A DNA stretch of 32,000 nt from Psychrobacter sp. DM4 (GTDB lineage: Bacteria; Pseudomonadota; Gammaproteobacteria; Pseudomonadales; Moraxellaceae): NCBI RefSeq assembly GCF_051307035.1, contig NZ_CP195536.1:1710001-1742000 (forward strand), read 5' to 3'. A model generated the notes under the pieces. The model saw only the letters and a program-made list of their open reading frames with translations, was not told where the DNA came from and did no database searches. How positions within the stretch are numbered: position 1 is the stretch's first letter; each line of letters begins with the position of its first letter. Below are positions 27,680 to 32,000 of the stretch, piece by piece. Made by a program: the position numbers and the translations under genes.

Positions 27680-27725
27680 AACGTGTTGAACATTCACAAG
27701 AATACGCTACTGATGCTACTATCAA

Positions 27726-28805
27726 TTATTCATGCGCGCTCAAAAAGCTCTCAACCACATAAAACTGTCCAGCGGTACTCTCCTCACCATACATAGCTTG
27801 ACGAAAGGCGTTGGAATTTGGGATACCCGTGGTGTACCAAGCGATGTGCTTGCGGGCAATGCGGCATCCTGAGTACTCACCGTAGAACTCATATAGCGCT
27901 TCAAGATGGGTAAGCACAATCTGCTTTATCTCACTGACACTAGGCGGTGCTAAGCGCTCACCTGTACGCAGATAGTGCTCAATATCCCGAAATATCCACG
28001 GTTGACCTTGGGCTGCGCGTCCAATCATCACCGCATCACAGCCTGTCAGGTCATAAACCTCTTGCGCTTTTTGAGCGCTGTCGATATCGCCGTTGGCAAT
28101 CACAGGTATGTTCACACTGTTCTTAACTTCGCGTATAAGCTCGTACCTAGCCAAACCGGTATACATATCTTCACGAGTGCGACCATGAATAGCAATGGCG
28201 GCAATACCTGCTTGCTCAGCGCGCTTGGCAACGCGCAAGATATTCTCCGCGCCATTTTCAAAGCCTAAACGCGTCTTTAGAGTGACAGGTGCGTTTACGC
28301 TATTTACCGCAGTATCGAGTAGCCGCGCCACCAAATCCTCATCCTGCAACAGCGCTGAACCTGCCAGCTTACGGCAAACTTTTTTGGCAGGACAGCCCAT
28401 GTTAATATCGATGATTTGTGCACCATTATCGACCTGATACTGTGCCGCTTGCGCCAATTTATCAGGTTCCGCACCTGCAATTTGTGCTGAGATCGGCGCA
28501 ATCTCGCCATCGAAATTGGCCCGGTATAAGGATTTTTTGCGGGCATATAGCGCAGTATCCGCAATGATCATCTCGCTTACCGCATGCCCTGCCCCAAAGG
28601 ATTTACATAACTTACGAAAAGGGTTGTCAGTGACTCCAGCCATCGGCGCGACTATCAAACGATTCTCAATAGTCAAACCGCCGATCATTAGCGGTTGCAA
28701 TAACGGGTGATCATCCGCTGCTGACAGATGCATGTCAGGACTAATTTTGGGCAAAGATAAAATATCAATAGACATAAAAAACGGCTTAAATCTTAAGAAA
28801 GACAA
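27726..28805 (-). CDS. dusB: tRNA-dihydrouridine synthase B
   Basis: APMAGVTDNPFRKLC, DINMGCP, the HGRT region and a DusB-like C-terminal helical domain (IARKHIAWY). The start is uncertain: TTG 28805, ATG 28775 or ATG 28733. Confidence 0.9.
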   Translation of the reverse strand: MSFLRFKPFFMSIDILSLPKISPDMHLSAADDHPLLQPLMIGGLTIENRLIVAPMAGVTDNPFRKLCKSFGAGHAVSEMIIADTALYARKKSLYRANFDGEIAPISAQIAGAEPDKLAQAAQYQVDNGAQIIDINMGCPAKKVCRKLAGSALLQDEDLVARLLDTAVNSVNAPVTLKTRLGFENGAENILRVAKRAEQAGIAAIAIHGRTREDMYTGLARYELIREVKNSVNIPVIANGDIDSAQKAQEVYDLTGCDAVMIGRAAQGQPWIFRDIEHYLRTGERLAPPSVSEIKQIVLTHLEALYEFYGEYSGCRIARKHIAWYTTGIPNSNAFRQAMYGEESTAGQFYVVESFLSAHE

Positions 28806-28878
28806 GCCGCTATTTTAAGGGTTAAGAGATATATTGCAAGAGGATCTGACTCTTTTGTAGCGCTCTATAGCACGTCAG

Positions 28879-29319
28879 TTAGGGTGTATCGATCACCGCT
28901 GCCAGCCGCTGCGCTAGATCAGCAAGCTTATCATTGTCCGCCATCTTTGCAGCATGAACGCCTAATTCATGGATGCTACCGGGTATCAGGTGAATATGAT
29001 AGTGAAATACCGTTTGCCCCGCTTGTGCGCCGTTTAACTGCATCTGAATGATACCTTCGCGCGCGAATACCTGACGCTGCGCGTTCATCACCTTTTTGGC
29101 CGTCATCAGTACTGCCGCTGCATATTCAGGCTCTAGATCTGCCAAATCAACAGCTTTCTGTTTCGGAATGACGAGTACATGGCCTTCTGCTTGCGGCATA
29201 ATATCCATAAAGGCTAGAGTTTTTTCATCTTCATAGACTTTGTGATGAGGGATATCACCGTTGAGCATTTTGGCAAAAATATTGTTTTCGTCGTAATAAG
29301 CTGGCTTGTTTTGAGTCAT
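28879..29319 (-). CDS. HIT family (HinT-like) nucleotide hydrolase
   Basis: Histidine triad HYHIHLIP. ATG 29319 is preceded by AAGGA and gives 146 aa. The 54-codon upstream extension in the ORF track looks non-coding. Confidence 0.88.
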   Translation of the reverse strand: MTQNKPAYYDENNIFAKMLNGDIPHHKVYEDEKTLAFMDIMPQAEGHVLVIPKQKAVDLADLEPEYAAAVLMTAKKVMNAQRQVFAREGIIQMQLNGAQAGQTVFHYHIHLIPGSIHELGVHAAKMADNDKLADLAQRLAAVIDTP

Positions 29320-29558
29320 TAGTCTAATCCTTCTTTGATAAAATGATATTGGCATTAGTATAGTGAACGAGACAAAGGCAAACCACAAGGCATTACGATA
29401 ATAAAGCGGCGTTCTACAAAGCGTCCTACAAAGCATATTAGTGTCATTACCATTACTGCTATGAGATACTACGATGAGCACAGATTTTGGGCACTAAATA
29501 TTAGCGAAAAGCACCCTAAAATGCTATACTAGGAGCCTATTTTGACGACGATAATTCT

Positions 29559-30317
29559 ATGGATTCGACGCAATTATACGATCAAATATCAGTACAGTCA
29601 GGCTACGCCTCGGTAGGCAATACGTCGACATATACTCCTGATGACCAAGAGCACATACCTATTGATGCCAGCGTCAAACCTACTCTAGAACCAAACGCTC
29701 TCATCATTGCACAAGCCCTTACTGACGCTGCTATTAGTTGGCGTATTCATAATTGCAAAGTGACCAAAAGAACAGCGACTCAAGATGAGCCATTGCCGTT
29801 TTTGTATCACTATGATAGCTTAGACGACGCCATCAAGCAGGCGCATCCATTAACTCCTAATTTGCTTGCTCAATTTAATACCGTGATGAGTGCTCAGGAT
29901 GCTGCCACACTTATCGAGATTGATAGCGAATTGATGGCCAGTCCTTGGCATATCAAAGTAATTGGATCTCTCGTTGTATTTAGCGAAGCGCTGCAACTAG
30001 CAGTGCGTTTACAATGGACCAATACAGGCAAGGCAACTGAGCAGCTATATACACAGAACAAGGACGACGCGATAATAGCGGCCTTTAAAGACTGGCGTTT
30101 TTTTGGTCGTGTTGATGTGCTCTATAAGAACCGTCAGCAAACGCTAGTTAGTATCGATGAACACGACGTAAATGATGAGCCTGTGCTCATTGTCGATGCC
30201 AGTCCCGAATATCAACAGCTACCAGCTACTCACGCTCTATCAGCTATCGCTAAAATCGAGACAGAAAAAGACAAGTTGCCTTGGTTTGAGGCTGCTATCT
30301 TAGAGCGCCTTGAGTAA
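29559..30317 (+). CDS. Hypothetical acidic soluble protein, no recognisable domain
   Basis: 252-aa ORF that fills an otherwise empty 1-kb interval. Balanced amino-acid composition, no TM segment and no signal peptide. No motif I can recognise and a weak SD. Confidence 0.55.
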   Translation: MDSTQLYDQISVQSGYASVGNTSTYTPDDQEHIPIDASVKPTLEPNALIIAQALTDAAISWRIHNCKVTKRTATQDEPLPFLYHYDSLDDAIKQAHPLTPNLLAQFNTVMSAQDAATLIEIDSELMASPWHIKVIGSLVVFSEALQLAVRLQWTNTGKATEQLYTQNKDDAIIAAFKDWRFFGRVDVLYKNRQQTLVSIDEHDVNDEPVLIVDASPEYQQLPATHALSAIAKIETEKDKLPWFEAAILERLE

Positions 30318-30370
30318 TAGCTCTTTTTAAACGTGTCATTACAACTCTATTTATTTGTAAGGAATATCAC

Positions 30371-32000
30371 ATGGATTATCGCTCAAAAACCTCTACCGGT
30401 GGTCGTAACATGGCAGGTGCACGAGCACTCTGGCGGGCAACTGGCATGACCGATGGCGACTTTGGCAAACCCATCATTGCGATTGCCAACTCATTTACCC
30501 AGTTCGTACCGGGTCATGTGCATCTAAAAGACTTAGGTCAACTGGTCGCACGTGAGATTGAGCAAGCAGGCGGCGTTGCAAAAGAGTTCAATACCATTGC
30601 CGTCGATGACGGTATCGCGATGGGTCACAGTGGTATGCTGTACTCCCTACCAAGTCGTGATTTGATTGCGGACTCTGTGGAATATATGGTCAATGCTCAT
30701 TGTGCCGATGCGCTTGTGTGTATCTCTAACTGCGATAAAATCACTCCCGGTATGTTGATGGCAGCAATGCGCCTCAATATTCCAGTGGTATTTGTCTCAG
30801 GCGGGCCCATGGAAGCGGGCAAAATTCTTGCCAGTACGGTCGGTCAAAGCCATAACAACGAAGACAGTAAAGGCAGTACCATTCGTAAACTGGATCTCGT
30901 CGATGCGATGATGGATGCCGCTGACGATAGTATTAGTGATGAAGATGTCGCTGCTATAGAAGTCTCAGCGTGTCCCACTTGTGGTTCATGCTCTGGTATG
31001 TTTACTGCCAACTCGATGAACTGCTTAACCGAAGCCTTGGGATTGGCCTTACCGGGTAATGGCTCGTTACTCGCCACTCATTCACTGCGCCGTGAGCTGT
31101 TTTTAGAAGCTGGGCGCACTATTGTCTCGCTTGCCAAACGTCGCTATGAGCAAGATGATGACTCGGTATTGCCGCGCTCCATCGCTAGCAAAGCGGCGTT
31201 CGAGAACGCCATGACATTAGATATCGCGATGGGTGGCTCGACCAATACTATTTTGCATTTGTTGGCAGCAGCGAACGAAGCAGAACTTGACTTTAAAATG
31301 TCAGATGTCGATCGTCTAAGTCGCGGTGTGCCTTGCCTAGCAAAAGTCGCTCCTGCCTCGCAAAAATACCATATGGAAGATGTGCATCGTGCCGGCGGTG
31401 TCTTTGCATTATTGGCCGAGCTTGATCGTGCTGGATTATTGAAGACTGACGTACCAACTATCCATAGCGCGACGATGAAAGCGGCGATTGATAAATGGGA
31501 CATCATGAACCCTGATAATCAAGAAGCACGCGCGCGCTTCCTTGCAGCACCTGGTGGCGTACGCACCACTGAGGCATTTTCACAATCAAAAGAATGGTCA
31601 AACCTCGACGTCAACCGTGAGTCAGGTTGCATCCGTAGCGCCAAGCATGCTTATTCAGAAGATGGTGGCCTTGCAGTACTATACGGTAATATTGCTGAGC
31701 GCGGCTGCGTGGTCAAGACCGCAGGCGTCGATGAGAGTATCTTAACGTTTACGGGTCGTGCGCGTATTTTTGAATCACAAGATGATGCGGTAGAAGCGGT
31801 ACTTAGTGACGACATAGTCGCAGGCGATGTGGTTATTATTCGTTATGAGGGTCCAAAAGGTGGCCCTGGTATGCAAGAGATGCTCTATCCAACGACTTAT
31901 CTGAAGTCAAAAGGTCTAGGTAAGGAGTGTGCCCTACTCACTGACGGTCGCTTCTCTGGTGGCACTTCAGGATTGTCCATTGGTCATGCCAGCCCAGAGG
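30371..32000 (+). CDS. ilvD: Dihydroxy-acid dehydratase (3' end outside the window)
   Basis: Hand translation from ATG 30371 (AAGGA upstream): [56 protein letters not shown]...[31 protein letters not shown]. This is near-identical in pattern to E. coli IlvD. The frame appears to stay open to the window end, which is why it is absent from the ORF track. Confidence 0.95.
   Translation, partial: MDYRSKTSTGGRNMAGARALWRATGMTDGDFGKPIIAIANSFTQFVPGHVHLKDLGQLVAREIEQAGGVAKEFNTIAVDDGIAMGHSGMLYSLPSRDLIADSVEYMVNAHCADALVCISNCDKITPGMLMAAMRLNIPVVFVSGGPMEAGKILASTVGQSHNNEDSKGSTIRKLDLVDAMMDAADDSISDEDVAAIEVSACPTCGSCSGMFTANSMNCLTEALGLALPGNGSLLATHSLRRELFLEAGRTIVSLAKRRYEQDDDSVLPRSIASKAAFENAMTLDIAMGGSTNTILHLLAAANEAELDFKMSDVDRLSRGVPCLAKVAPASQKYHMEDVHRAGGVFALLAELDRAGLLKTDVPTIHSATMKAAIDKWDIMNPDNQEARARFLAAPGGVRTTEAFSQSKEWSNLDVNRESGCIRSAKHAYSEDGGLAVLYGNIAERGCVVKTAGVDESILTFTGRARIFESQDDAVEAVLSDDIVAGDVVIIRYEGPKGGPGMQEMLYPTTYLKSKGLGKECALLTDGRFSGGTSGLSIGHASPE

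Noticed and set aside
27680-27725. Absence of fis downstream of dusB, whereas enterobacteria have a dusB-fis operon
   Set aside because: Only 46 nt separate the dusB stop from the convergent DUF1622-like gene, so fis is clearly not here. However, absence at one locus says nothing about the genome, and dusB-fis linkage is not universal.
29411-29434. 12-bp tandem direct repeat GTTCTACAAAGC/GTCCTACAAAGC in the HIT/hypothetical divergent spacer
   Set aside because: An adjacent 11/12 duplication has an expectation of around one or two per 32 kb by my estimate, so it is not distinguishable from chance.
29320-29481. 54-codon N-terminal extension of the HIT ORF in the ORF track
   Set aside because: The HIT family alignment starts at MTQNKPAYYDENNIFAKM (ATG 29319), which has an AAGGA SD. 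The extension is Cys/Arg-rich and has no homologous counterpart in HinT proteins.
1-32000. Search for a defence island, prophage, integron, CRISPR array, toxin-antitoxin pair, tRNA/rRNA genes or any transposase or integrase
   Set aside because: Reading both strands, I found no repeat-spacer array, no tRNA-like or rRNA-like sequence and no ORF with recombinase, nuclease/helicase defence, or phage structural character. Gene content is housekeeping and densely packed. This was by eye only, so tRNAscan/Infernal and defence-system HMM scans would be the decisive checks.

Overview
This 32-kb window reads as ordinary core chromosome of a Moraxellaceae-type gammaproteobacterium. My best guess is Psychrobacter, inferred from sequence composition, protein sequences and an isolated gspL-gspM pair, not from any database search. 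I can support 31 protein-coding genes, almost all housekeeping. They are: secF (5' truncated), a DinF-like MATE exporter, azlCD, cvpA-purF, pyrD, gspL-gspM, sixA, gpsA, a YdjA-like nitroreductase, zapE, an alpha/beta hydrolase, a small lipoprotein, xseA-xseB, pncB, a two-gene betaine/choline-type ABC importer with a fused binding-protein/permease, an ALDH3-type aldehyde dehydrogenase, lipB, ppa, an SDR, a DUF1622-like membrane protein, dusB, a HIT hydrolase, three unassigned proteins, and ilvD. ilvD is 3' truncated, so it is missing from the supplied ORF track. By eye I saw no rRNA, tRNA, CRISPR array, transposase, integrase, toxin-antitoxin pair or recognisable defence gene. I did not find a convincing novel multi-gene system. 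The observations most worth a second look are small. (1) A 269-bp non-coding element bounded by 23-nt inverted repeats (21/23) sits in the unusually long pyrD-cvpA gap and looks MITE-like, and its repeat core recurs near a DUF1622-like gene. (2) An 18-bp tandem repeat array lies directly upstream of gspL. (3) The ABC importer has an N-terminal binding domain fused to its permease, and its ATPase lacks a CBS tail and carries an insertion. (4) GpsA has long low-complexity extensions. (5) Two proteins have no assignable function. All family assignments rest on motif recognition from the translations and need a homology search to confirm.
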